From contig OZ287754.1 of assembly GCA_965649765.1 (NCBI GenBank), positions 24,800,001 through 24,864,000 of the forward strand: a DNA stretch of 64,000 bases, read 5' to 3'. This document shows, piece by piece, positions 1 through 11,242 of the stretch. The stretch's first letter is position 1; each line of letters starts with the position of its first letter. Source of the DNA: Bispira polyomma (lineage: Eukaryota). Under the pieces are notes generated by a model that saw only the letters and a list, made by a program, of their open reading frames with translations, had not been told where the DNA came from and did not search any database. A program made the translations under genes and the position numbers.

Positions 1-3000
1 TTTTAAAACAACAAGTACTCTTAAGAGACATCTGGATAAATGTTACAACAAAACTCGATACATATATCCAGGTGGGTTTTATCACCCTAGTAAAACCATT
101 TTTGAAAAGCTCAGTGGTTATGGTATTGAGGTTGAGACTAGTAGAAGGATTTATCCCTATTATACAGTTTTTGATTTCGAATCTATGTTATTAAAGAGGG
201 AGGGGGAGAACCAACAAATTCTAAATTGATTTACACTGTAGAACATCACCCCATCAGCGTTTCTATATGTTCAAATGTAGACGGTTACAAAGAAGCCAGC
301 TGTTTTGTAGAGGCAGATGTGGACAAACTACTTGAAAACATGGTTAGTTAACGAAATCAGCGAAAGAGCACTTATTTTAGCCACTGAAAGGTGGGCAGAT
401 GTAAGATAGAGAGTTTAAAGGGGGTTATTGTAGGAGGGGACTTTAAATGTAGTCATATAGAGTTATTAGAAAAAGAATTTGTAAGGTATATTAGACAAAT
501 TCCTGTGTTGGGATTTAACAGTGGGAAATACGATTTAAATTTAATTAAAGCCCAATTGGCGGGTCATTTATTTCAAAATAAAGACAGGGCAAATTTCACC
601 ATTAAAAGAAACAACAATTACTTATCTCTCAGTTCAAATAAGTTAAAATTCTTAGATATTAGTAACTATATTGCTGCGGGTGTCAAAATTTCTCAAGTGT
701 TATGGGGTAACAGAAACTAAAGGCTATTTTCCATATGAATGTTTTGATTCTATAGACAAGCTTAATTATAGAACATTACCTCCTTATGATGCTTTTTATT
801 CGACATTAAAGCAATGTAATGTTTTATCTGATGGAGATAATTATACTTTACTCCAGACTGTGTGGAAAGACAAAAACATGAGCACTTTTAAAGATTTTTT
901 ACAATGGTATAACAACCTAGATGTAGTCCCATTTTGTTCAGCAATCGAAAATATGCAAGAATATTATGTTAATAAGGGTATTGATATTTTTAAAAATTAC
1001 ATATCAGTGCCAGGAATAGCTAGAAAAATGCTTTTTGATTCGACAGATTGTAAGTTTTCACTTTTTGATGATAAAAATAAGGATCTATACATTACAATGG
1101 AAAATGGTATTGTAGGGGGTCCTTCCATAGTATTTCGACGTTACCACGAGGTAGATAAAACATTTGTGAGGGAAAATATAGATAAGCCTGTTAAACTTAT
1201 CGAGGGTCGGGATGCAAATAGTTTATATTTATGGTGTATTGGGCAAAAACTCGGAACAGGATTATTCGTAAGAAGACACAAAGAAACTGGTTTTAAAGGG
1301 GAGGTTCCAGTGAAATATCTAGAACAATATATTTGGTTAGATTATGAGGCAGAAAAAAATAATATTTATATACAACACGGTTTAAATAGTAACAAAGAAT
1401 TTCGTATTGGACCTTATTTAGTAGATGGTTATGACTCCAAAAACAAGACAGTGCGAGAATATTCAGGCTGCTATTACCATTATCACGAGGGGTGTTTTTT
1501 GACTAAGAATATAACATCTCCTAAATGGCACAAGAAAAAAGAAATATTTCACGAAAGAGAACAACAAAGGAGGGATTATATCACGTCTCTGGGTTACAGA
1601 ATAATTGAAATGAGATAGTGTGAATATCAGAATGAAATTAAACCGCTGACAGAACATATTAGACTCAAATATTTACCCCAATTTTATGGGAAACATAAAG
1701 GTAAGGTCTCTCTCACTAGCCTTATACAGGCTATCAAATCTGAGGACATTTTTGGTGCTATGGAGGTTGACATAGAGGTGCCAGACTCTTGGCCTGAGGG
1801 TACTAGAAGAAATGGGTTTGCTTCCCCTAAGCAGTATTTTGCTGAAATGTCACCCATATTTAGTCGAACGCAGATCCCTTTCAACGTTATTGGTTCACAT
1901 ATGCAAAAGCATGTGCAGAAATTTGGCATATCTAAAAAACCTAAAACATTATTGGTGGGGGGGATGAAGGCTGAACAAATTTTTTTAGCTACACCACTTT
2001 TAAAATGGTATTTAGACCACGGTATGAAAATTACTGAGATATATCAAGTTGTAGAATACGTACCCAAAAATTGTTTTGAAAATTTTACCTCTGAAATTTG
2101 TGACAGAAGGAGACGATATTAGCGCTGATAAGGCTATAATAGGGGAACTCTCTAAGCTACAAGCTAATAGTGCTTATGGTTCTACAATTATGTCTAAAGA
2201 AAGACATTTAGACATTAAATATGTAAAGGGCCTGGAGAGGCTACTTTACTAGTCAATAATCCGTCTTTTAAAAATTTAACAGAATTGAATAATGACATGT
2301 ATGAGGTCGAGAAATATAAAACCAAAATTAGCTTAGATTTACCTATTCAAATAGGTTATTTTATTTTACGATATGCTAAATTAAAACTATTGTCTTTTTA
2401 TTACGACTGTTTAGATCGTTATGTTGATTTTGAAATGTTAGAAACGGATACTGACAGCGCCTATTATGCTCTCAGTAAAAGATCCTTTGAGGAGAGTATC
2501 AGACCGGGGTTACGTTTGGAATATAGAAAAGATGTTTATGAATCTTGTAGAGATAATTTTAAACCTAAGTGGTTTCCAAGACTTTGCTGCCCTAGGCACA
2601 TAGCCTTTGATAAAAGAAGTCTAGCCCTTTTAAAGGTCGAGAGCCTTGCATCCAAGGCTATTTGTCTGTCTTCTAAAACTTATATAATGAGAGAGTTAAA
2701 TGAAACAGATAAAATATCATGCAAAGGGATTTCTAAGAAAAGTCTTAATAATGCAATGAAATTATTTGAAAATGTATTGAATACTCAAAAGCCACAAAAA
2801 TCTACAAATATGGGATTCAGAGCAAGATACAATACAATTTACACATACACTCAGGAAAAATTAGGTTTCTCATACTACTATATTAAAAGAGAGGTGTTAA
2901 AAGATGGTATTCGAACTAAACCCTTAAACATAATATTAAAACCTTGGTCAGACGATATTGTTATAGTTAAAAACAACCTTGATCCATTAGCTAATGGTTA

Positions 3001-3382
3001 TTTATTTGATATCAGTATAGGGGGTAATAAATATTCGAATATAATCAACTATTTTGATGAATATAAAAAAAAACATTATTTATCCCCTATATCAACCGAT
3101 TGTAGCAAGCTTAAGGAATGGGAGTGGTTCAAACAAAGAGATAACATTATGTATACATTATTACTTTATAAAATACAACAGTGTCCTCGTTTTGCAGATG
3201 CACTACATCAAACAAAAAAATCTTATATATCCTATAATGTAACAGATAATTTATATTGGAATGTTGGATTAAGTAATAATCTGGTGAGGGTTATAAATAG
3301 GGACTCATACCCGGGTCAAAATCAAATGGGAGAGTTATTAATGAAACTTAGAGATAGCGTTTTAATGACTGCATCAGTATGA
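1..3382 (+). pseudogene. Protein-primed family B DNA polymerase (frameshifted, internal stop) with an inserted nuclease-like domain and a C-terminal NADAR-like extension
   Basis: ExoI VFDFES (~170), ExoII GFNSGKYDL, ExoIII YNNLDV, PolA DANSLY, PolB KLQANSAYG (~2155-2180), PolC DTDS. Split across ORFs 391, 671, 1760 and 2285. Confidence 0.92.
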
Positions 3383-4011
3383 GTATCAAATTTGAAGATC
3401 CTGCTAGTATACTTATGTCTGGGTGTAGTAATTCAGGCAAGACCACTTTTCTATACAAACTCTTGGGCAATATGAGTGATATGTTTGTGAGACCTCCTAA
3501 GAAAATATTATATTGTTACTCCGTCTGGCAACCTATTTTCGATTCTCTTCAAAATGAAATTGACATCAGCTTTATTAAAGGACTGCCCGATCAGAGTGTA
3601 ATTGATTCTATGAATGATGGAAATCACAATATATGTGTCATAGATGATCTTCAAGAAGAGGTATCTGGTAATAAATTTATAGAAAAATTGTATACCACAT
3701 TATGTCATCATTATCACCTCACTGTCATTACTATTTTACAAAATTTATTTTGTCAGGGTAAAACGTTAAGAACTATTAATCTACATAGTCATTATTTAAT
3801 TTTATTTAAAAATCCTTGTGACATCAATCAAATAAAATATTTAGGACAGCAAACAGGTTTCAAAAAAACTTTGGAAGAAGCATATAAAGACGCAACCGAT
3901 GAGTGTTATAATTATCTGTTATTAGACTTGTCTCCACATTCGAGCACGCAATGCAAATTAAGAACACACATATTACCTGGTGAAGATACTGTAGTATATT
4001 TATCTAGGTAG
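3379..4011 (+). CDS. Polinton packaging ATPase (A32/FtsK-like)
   Basis: Walker A GCSNSGKTT, Walker B ICVIDD, downstream ITILQNLF and YLILFKNP motifs. Intact 210-aa ORF. Confidence 0.92.
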   Translation: MSIKFEDPASILMSGCSNSGKTTFLYKLLGNMSDMFVRPPKKILYCYSVWQPIFDSLQNEIDISFIKGLPDQSVIDSMNDGNHNICVIDDLQEEVSGNKFIEKLYTTLCHHYHLTVITILQNLFCQGKTLRTINLHSHYLILFKNPCDINQIKYLGQQTGFKKTLEEAYKDATDECYNYLLLDLSPHSSTQCKLRTHILPGEDTVVYLSR

Positions 4012-4034
4012 TGTAATAAAAAAAGCCTATAAAT

Positions 4035-4355
4035 ATGTCTGGAAGACTAAAAGCCGGGACAGATTTTATTAGATTTTTGTTAAAAACACACTTCAAACAG
4101 AGACATGTCATATTAGAGACTTTGAATGAAAAACAGACTGGAGTTATAGTAGAAATAATTCACAATATCCTACGTCTGAACCACTTAAAGAAGTATAAGC
4201 CTATTATTAATAGAAACCTCAGAGTTTGGAAAAAATTAACCAATAGGAAAATATCATGGAAGGATAAACAGAGGGTCATAAAAGGAAATAGTAAAAAAAT
4301 AGAGACTCTTATTGATTCGGTAAGGGGAGCTCTACTGTCTATATTAGACGTTTAG
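4035..4355 (+). CDS. Small basic Polinton protein of unknown function
   Basis: 106-aa Lys/Arg-rich ORF directly after the ATPase, in the same tightly packed orientation. Confidence 0.6.
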   Translation: MSGRLKAGTDFIRFLLKTHFKQRHVILETLNEKQTGVIVEIIHNILRLNHLKKYKPIINRNLRVWKKLTNRKISWKDKQRVIKGNSKKIETLIDSVRGALLSILDV

Positions 4356-4359
4356 AAGT

Positions 4360-4792
4360 ATGAATAAATTTGTTTTAGTACCTTATGAAAGATATAAAGT
4401 TTGGACAAATTCTAAACTAATCTCTACTGAAGAAAAGCATAGGGTAAATAAGGATAATAGCGCGGGTGAGGGTATTCAACAATCTTAATCTAAGGAAGAA
4501 AGTACATTAAATAATTCCATTGATAATAAAAGCAATGAATTTGAAACGAGTTCTGAATAAATCAGTGGAGTTAGAGACAAGATTATCAGATGCTGTTGAT
4601 ATAATAAAACCAGCTAAGGTGGTAAAAAAACACAAGCTTAAAACTATTATAAAAACCCCTCAGATTGGAAAGGGAGTAGATAATATTAAACTACCACCAC
4701 CAGGTTTGCCAGATAAATCGGGTAAATTAAAGTTAAAGACCACTAGGAGGGGTGCCTACACTGTCTGGGTTAAAAAATGGGAGAGGTATTAA
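4360..4792 (+). pseudogene. Disrupted basic Polinton protein (possible core protein)
   Basis: ATG at 4360 (MNKFVLVPYERY), stop/frameshift near 4490, C-terminal part with QIGKG and PPPGLP in ORF 4520-4792. Confidence 0.5.
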
Positions 4793-4874
4793 TATATAAA
4801 ACTGATCAAATTTAATATATTGAAGACTGTTGAACTTAAAAAAGGCTGTATTTTAAAATCGTAAGGGAGTAATA

Positions 4875-6008
4875 ATGGAAAAAAATAAGACCGATTATTT
4901 ACACGACCTATATTACAATTCTAAAAATTCAACCTCATTCAGCGGTTTCAATAAATTCTACACTTTTGTTAAAAAGGATAATAAATATCCTTTTACTAAG
5001 AAAGATATAAGAGAATGGATGGGTAAACAAGAGGCCTTTGTATTACACCGTCCAGTTATAAGAAAATTTAAGAGACCTGTTACCATAGCAGTTAAAAAGG
5101 ATCAACAGTGGAATACAGACACAGCTAATATGATCAAATTTAAGAAATACAATAAGGGCTACCAACATTTGATAGGTGATAGATAGCTTAACCAGATATC
5201 TGTGGACCTTTTCAATGCATGATCTCACAGGATTAGAAATGAAGGAGGGATTTAAACAATTACTGGGAGCCCACAAACCCCATTTTTTATTCTCAGATAA
5301 TGGGAGTGAGTACAAGAGCAAAATATTTTATAATTATGTTAAAGGACAAGGTGTACAACATTTTATGAGTACTAATGAGACTAAGGTAGCTTTGGCTGAG
5401 AGAGTGATAAAAACTATTAAATTAAGGTTGATTAGACGAATGACTGCTCAAAACAATTTTATATGGTATGATGGATTATCTAGCCTGACTGAGGCTTACA
5501 ATAATTCTTATCACAAAATTATTAAAACAACTCCGTCCAAAGCAAGAAATATGGATGATTACGATTTGTGGTCAAATCAGTACAGTATTGGTTATAATGC
5601 AAGGAGCAAAAAACATATGAAGAAGAAGACTGGGCCCTCACCACAAAAATTACCATATAAATATAGGGTGGGAGATATGGTAAAGGTAGCCTATTTATCT
5701 AGAACCTCTGAAAGAGAATACGACGAAAAATATTCAGGGGAAAATTTTACCATTGCTGACAGACATATAAATCAGGGTAAAGCGCAATATAAGATTAAAG
5801 ATCTCAATAATAAACTGATCGGTGGTAATTTTTTTAACAACGAATTTATATTTAGAAGGTATATGTAGATAATGAAACTACATATCGAATAGAAAAAATA
5901 CTTAAAAATCGAACTAGAGGGGGCAAAAAGGAATATTTGGTGAGGTTGGAAAATTATTCTCCAAAGTTTGACAGTTGGGTGACTGAAGAAGATATTAAAG
6001 ATATATAA
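4875..6008 (+). pseudogene. Retroviral-like DDE integrase with C-terminal chromodomain (frameshifted)
   Basis: QWNTD, SDNGSEY and AERVIKT catalytic motifs. Chromodomain YRIEKIL...EYLVR..NYSPKFDSWV in a shifted frame at 5880-6008. Confidence 0.92.
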
Positions 6009-6032
6009 TAGGTTATTGCATTAAGTATCACA

Positions 6033-6429
6033 ATGAATCATTTATACTTCTACATACATTCTACGGATTCTGCTAAATATCACCCACAAAATAATTCGTG
6101 GGAATTTATTATCGAATTAAACGATGTGTTAGAGTTAGATGGAGTGTGGAAATGTGGATTGGCTGAAATTAGTTACGGTGAAGAAATTAAAGAAGAGCTA
6201 TACGTATATTGTGATATTGTAGATGAGAGAAGATCATTGTAGACCTATTTTAAGAGTAGTTAATTCACCCACAGTTTTTAATCACATTTATTATAAAAGG
6301 GTGGTTAGACAAGATTTAGCCAGAATTAGAGTATATATAAGAGGTAAAGATTTAAAAAAGGTTACTATTAGTAATACTCCAACCTTTGTGGTATTGTCAC
6401 TGATAAAACAAAGAGGTCAAAATGGTTAA
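6033..6429 (+). pseudogene. Short minor capsid (penton)-like protein, frameshifted near 6230
   Basis: N-terminal FYIHSTDS..YHPQN..EF..EL...LELDGVWKCGLAEISY, then LYVYCDIV and PILRVV, the pattern of Maverick minor capsid proteins. Confidence 0.7.
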
Positions 6430-6576
6430 TTGGAATAAAGTTTGTGAGAGTATGAGAGACGGGAAGTTAGCAATGGAAAGAAACCTATATATAATAGGAG
6501 AGCAGACAGGAGGGGGCACAAATGGGAACGATCTGGTAACAATAATTTCACCTACTGAGCAACAGGTGGATATGGC
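6422..6576 (+). pseudogene. N-terminus of a small Polinton protein with a QTGGG motif, cut by a deletion
   Basis: MVNW...QTGGG...ISPTEQQVDMA runs directly into major capsid sequence read in another frame. Confidence 0.45.
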
Positions 6577-7146
6577 CCTGCATTATACCCTTATTGGCAA
6601 AGTGATTTTAAAACGTTCACCATACCTAAAGGAAATATGATGTGGAGTGATGATGGAACTTTTCATGGAGAGGTGCCAAGCAAACTAATTGTAGGTTTTG
6701 TCCCTGGAGAAGGTTATAGCGGTAGTTATACAAAAAACCCCTTTAAATTTCATCACTACTATTTAAATTACTTAGAATTTAGCGTTGATGGTTTACCCGT
6801 TCCATGTCGCCCATTTAGACCTAGTTATGTAGAGGGTAGTATCAGTGCAAGACCCACATATACAACCGGGCATTATGCCGAATCGTATAATAGCCTATTT
6901 TATGGTAAATATGGTGAAAATGAAAACAATCTGATTAAATATACCGATTATCCTAACGGCTATTGTATGTACGTATTCAATATAGATAGTAATGTGAGCG
7001 GTCCACTAAAGTCGGAACGTAAAAAGGGACATACAAGGATAACGGTTAATTTTGGAAAGGCTTTACCCGAAAGTGTTACAGCTATATTATATGCTCGTTT
7101 TCCGGCTATGATCAGTATTGATGAGTCTAGAGCGATAGATCAATGA
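6577..7146 (+). pseudogene. C-terminal part of the double-jelly-roll major capsid protein
   Basis: Frame reads PALYPYWQSDFKTFTIPKG...PSKLIVGFV...YSGSYTKNPFKFHHY...VDG..VP..PF.P...ISIDESR. The N-terminal part is missing. Confidence 0.8.
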
Positions 7147-7589
7147 ATACCTCTCAATTAAGAGTTAAAATGTTGACTGATAATTATATCAGTCAATATT
7201 ACGGTGGGGTATATGCAGCAAATGAATTGCCCTTAAAATTAAAAAATTTACCTAAAATTATAATTGTTAATACCAAATCTTATCCACATCAGGGTGAGCA
7301 TTGGATAGTCATGTATGTAGATAAAAATCGAGTAGAATATTTCGATTCCTTGGCTGGTTTTATTCCAAAAAGTTTTGAAAATTTCCTTTTGAGACATCAA
7401 GATAATTATACCAAAAATACTACAAGGGTACAAAGTTATAGGTCTATGTTATGTGGTGAATATTGTTTGTATTATGCCTATCATAGATGTAGGGGTAAGA
7501 GCTATGTGGATATATTAAAAGATTTCGGTGATAATTATAATATTAATGACAAAAAAATAACCACCTTTTATGATACTAAATTTGGTTAA
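7143..7589 (+). CDS. Adenain-like cysteine protease
   Basis: Catalytic set GEHW (His), YFDS (Asp), and Q...S..CGEYC (oxyanion Gln, Cys). Intact 148 aa. Confidence 0.92.
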   Translation: MNTSQLRVKMLTDNYISQYYGGVYAANELPLKLKNLPKIIIVNTKSYPHQGEHWIVMYVDKNRVEYFDSLAGFIPKSFENFLLRHQDNYTKNTTRVQSYRSMLCGEYCLYYAYHRCRGKSYVDILKDFGDNYNINDKKITTFYDTKFG

Positions 7590-8055
7590 TATGAGTCAGT
7601 ATATGGGACAGATGCTATCATGTAGTTTTCTTTGTGTTACAAAGGGTTTCAGACTGATATAGAAATTATGTCATTCAGACTATGTTAAAATTGCTGACAA
7701 ATAGTTTTCTTTGTGTGAGGGAGAGTTTTAGTCTGATATCAAAATGACATCATTTAGTGTAAAGTTTATTTGATGACAAAGATTTATAGTGGGGATGTAA
7801 ATGGAGTAAAGAGACAAAAGGTTCTACTATTTACATAATGTAAATGTTAATCTATGACATAATGTAAAAAGGTGGGTGGGGAAGGGTGAGTTCTTATGAA
7901 ACAGATATTGGTGATGTAATTCAGGTAATGAGATAATGATATTATAAATAATAAAAGGTTAGGTAATGAGCTATAATTAGATTTCTAGGAGGGAAAAAGT
8001 GTATATATTGAGGGGTGAGAATGACTGAGGGTATAGATTCAACTGACTGATTAGA

Positions 8056-8742
8056 ATGGCTACTACAACTACAACTAGTAAAAATGGCAGGACAGGACAA
8101 GATGAGTCTGATTGTGTGGTGGCAGCATCATCTTCAAGTTTTAGAAGGAGGGGGGACGATATAGATAAAATGGAGGATCTTAGTAATAAGTTCCAAAATT
8201 TCCAGTATACTGAAGAATCCTTATGCATGTGTCGAGATTGGCTGGACTACAAACTCTACTACAATAGGCTGGATAGTTTCAAGGGTTGGCCCAGAGGGAT
8301 TGGTATCACACCTAAAGAACTAGCCAGAGGAGGATTCAGGTACAGCGGGTATGGAGACAACTGCGTCTGTCCTTGGTGTCATATGCAGCTCAAGAACTGG
8401 AACTATTTTGATGAACCGCTTAAACTAAATGCCAAACAGAACCCCAGTTGTGAGTATGTACAAACGGTGTCTCCTAGTACAAATAAGTATATAGAAAGGG
8501 GAAATTACAAGCTGTACCAAAACCGACTGGAAAGCTTCAGAGGTTGGAAAGTCAGCAACATAGTTAGACCAGAGAGATTAGCTAGAGCCGGGTTCATGTA
8601 TACAGGGTTAGGCGATAGATGTCAGTGTTTGTGGTGTTCTGTCATATTACATTCCTGGGATTATTTAGACGAACCTCTGGATGAACACAAGAAAAATTCT
8701 AAAGACTGTGGCTATTTGAAAATGATTCTGCATGATGAATAA
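8056..8742 (+). CDS. Inhibitor-of-apoptosis-like protein with two BIR domains and no RING
   Basis: Two repeats of RLxSF.GW...LARxGFxYxGxGD. BIR2 has the full CX2CX16HX6C; BIR1 has Asn in place of His. Confidence 0.9.
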   Translation: MATTTTTSKNGRTGQDESDCVVAASSSSFRRRGDDIDKMEDLSNKFQNFQYTEESLCMCRDWLDYKLYYNRLDSFKGWPRGIGITPKELARGGFRYSGYGDNCVCPWCHMQLKNWNYFDEPLKLNAKQNPSCEYVQTVSPSTNKYIERGNYKLYQNRLESFRGWKVSNIVRPERLARAGFMYTGLGDRCQCLWCSVILHSWDYLDEPLDEHKKNSKDCGYLKMILHDE

Positions 8743-9129
8743 GTTCAGACATTTTTTTGAGACATTATGAGTGTAAATTAATTATGTTTTGATTTATGAA
8801 AAAAAAAATATATTATTATAGCAAAAAAAAAAAAAAAAAATTTTTATTATATATAGTTGTATATATTATATGTCAAATTGGTGTTATTGCATGTGTGATT
8901 TAGATAGATTTTAGTTGTTTTTTTTTTGTAAAATATATATATATGTGTATATATACATATAAAGTTTTGTATATTTGATGTAAATATTGTTAATAAAATT
9001 AGACTAGATTATAATTGAGTTGTTGTTTATTTCCAATAATGTCAATTTTGTTGACAATAGAAAATGTAGATTGCTAATACTGGTTATATAAGAGAGGATA
9101 ATATTCAGCGTTATCATTCATTCATCAAG

Positions 9130-9564
9130 ATGGCTAGAATAAAGACAGAGCTGGATTTAGGCAAAAATGTGCACAGACAAATAATAAATATTAGAAAATA
9201 TTTATTCGACAAATCAGATAATTTAGTTGATTTAAACGTAATAAGTTTGAGAGGTGAGAGTTATACAAGTTTGTATAGGAACATAGCTTTGATCAATAAG
9301 GCTTTGAAAAGAAAAAACAATATCAAAAACTTTCCACTAAGCGATTATGAGACTGTAGGTTTATACAGACAACATCGCTGCAGGAAGATGGGGAAATTCT
9401 GCATATTTGCTGAACCTGAAATGAATGTTGTAATATCAAAGAGAGGCACATGCTTTGCTTTAGAGGAGAAAGAGTGGAAGGACCTTGTGAGAATATGGAA
9501 AAAAGTAGAAAGTAGTGAGACTAGTTGTTATAAGAGTATAACTCTATCCGATATAGCTGATTGA
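9130..9564 (+). CDS. Polinton protein, possibly a tandem PC4-like ssDNA-binding fold
   Basis: 144-aa ORF after TATAA. IINIRKY and KRG..FALEEKEWKDL loosely resemble PC4 motifs. Confidence 0.4.
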   Translation: MARIKTELDLGKNVHRQIINIRKYLFDKSDNLVDLNVISLRGESYTSLYRNIALINKALKRKNNIKNFPLSDYETVGLYRQHRCRKMGKFCIFAEPEMNVVISKRGTCFALEEKEWKDLVRIWKKVESSETSCYKSITLSDIAD

Positions 9565-9699
9565 TAATAGTTCATATTTTACCCGTGTATGCATTACAAT
9601 ATATTTTAATAATGACTGTATAAAACCGTCTTTGGTCAAAGCCCATTTAAAATCTTGTATCAGTGTTTTGTCAAATTTGACTGTACCTACTTGTTCATA

Positions 9700-10396
9700 C
9701 ACAAATACATATAAGCTGATCATATCTCCTGTGGGGGGCGAAAATGGGTTGAGGAGTTCAATCATCTCATATTTATTCGTTTGCCTATTAGTTATTCGTT
9801 TGCCCATTAGATATTCATTTTCCTACGAGATTTCTTAGAGGACAATAATGGTTGTATAAGTCGCTGTAGTGGTAGAGGGTGTAAGTGAGGTTCCTGCTTC
9901 ACATTCATCAAAGCGACATAATAATATATAGCACCCAATACTATATCAGCGCTTTGTAAAAGTTTTCAAATTTGGTAGTAACAACGTCCGCATACACAGG
10001 TCCATATAAAGTTGTGGGAGTGATAATGGACTGACGAGTTCAATCATCTCATATTTATTGGTTAACCTATTAGATTAATTGGGGTAGAATAGGTAAAACA
10101 TCTCATATCATATTTGTTTACCTATTAGATATTCTTTAACCTATTAGAGATAACTTGATGCTTTCCTTATATTCGAATAGAAGTCGCTTTTTTAAATTTC
10201 CTTTCCATCACCTATATCAGCGCTTTGTAAAAGTTTCAAATTTGAAGGTAACAACGTCCGCATACACGAGTTCATATAACGGCCTCATATTGCTGGGAGC
10301 GATAAAAGAGCGAAACTTTCCCCCCCATCTACTTGTACAGGGAGCGAAACTAATGAGCGAAATTACCCAGGCTCTTCTCTTACATCAACTACTACT
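9700..10396. repeat. Polinton subterminal repeats / probable right terminal inverted repeat
   Basis: Direct repeats ctatatcagcgctttgtaaaagttt...aacaacgtccgcatacac (~9941, ~10212) and gagttcaatcatctcatatttatt (~9755, ~10037), then the terminal ACTACTACT. Confidence 0.65.
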
Positions 10397-11242
10397 AATA
10401 TCTTTGGCTAATTTGGTGAGTTTATCATGATAGCTTGGAGAATGCTTCTGGATTGACCCTGCTTGGTTCTTGCTGCCCTGTCAACAACTGGGTTGGGATT
10501 AATGTTCATTCAAAGGAAAGCTAAGGTAAATGCATGCATTTACCCTAGCAGCAGCTTGGGTTAAATTTTGTCGTTGATGTTACTATGCTAACAAATAAGT
10601 ATTTGTTTTGTCTAAGATGAAATCTCATGGGCGCTGAAGGATGTACATGTCAGTTCCCGTGGTGGCCACATCACTGTTAAAGACAGATGTTTGTTTTAAT
10701 TTCCTGTTATTTTCGTTGTAAGGGATTTAAGGTAATCAACTGAGACCTTGGGAGATGACTGCGGAGGAAATGCATAATTATACAAATATATATTGAATGA
10801 GTGCCACAGGAAATATAAGGCAAGAGTTGTTCCTAATGAAATTGTCCCATTCTATACTGTGGGACAAATATATGCCAAAACTTCTACAGCCTATGTTGAA
10901 TTTTTACATGTAATTTCTGTGACAATAACTTATAATTCTAAAACGGCTACAGAAATTCAACATGACCCCAAAAAAACCCAAAATTTTACCCCCAAAATGT
11001 CAACCTATTGCATTGACAGAGTCCTGTTTTTAATTTATTTCACCATACTGTTTGTGAAAGGACTGAAACTGGTGCTCAGAATATTCCTACAGCTATGAAT
11101 ACCAAATAAAAAGTAGATAAAAGGTAAATAAAATAGCTAAATATATATAGTGCTAATATTAGAGTAGTATTTCTGTTCACTAGCGCTTTGGCGATGATAA
11201 TGAGACAAAAAAATATGTACATGTACAATATTTAGTTTAAAT

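Larger units (their letters stand above)
1..10396 (+). mobile_element. Polinton/Maverick (adintovirus-like) element, decayed; left part lies outside the window
   Basis: Co-oriented cluster of pPolB, A32-like ATPase, rve integrase, capsid genes and adenain protease. Ends in ACTACTACT (10388-10396), the reverse complement of the AGTAGT Polinton terminus. Confidence 0.93.
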
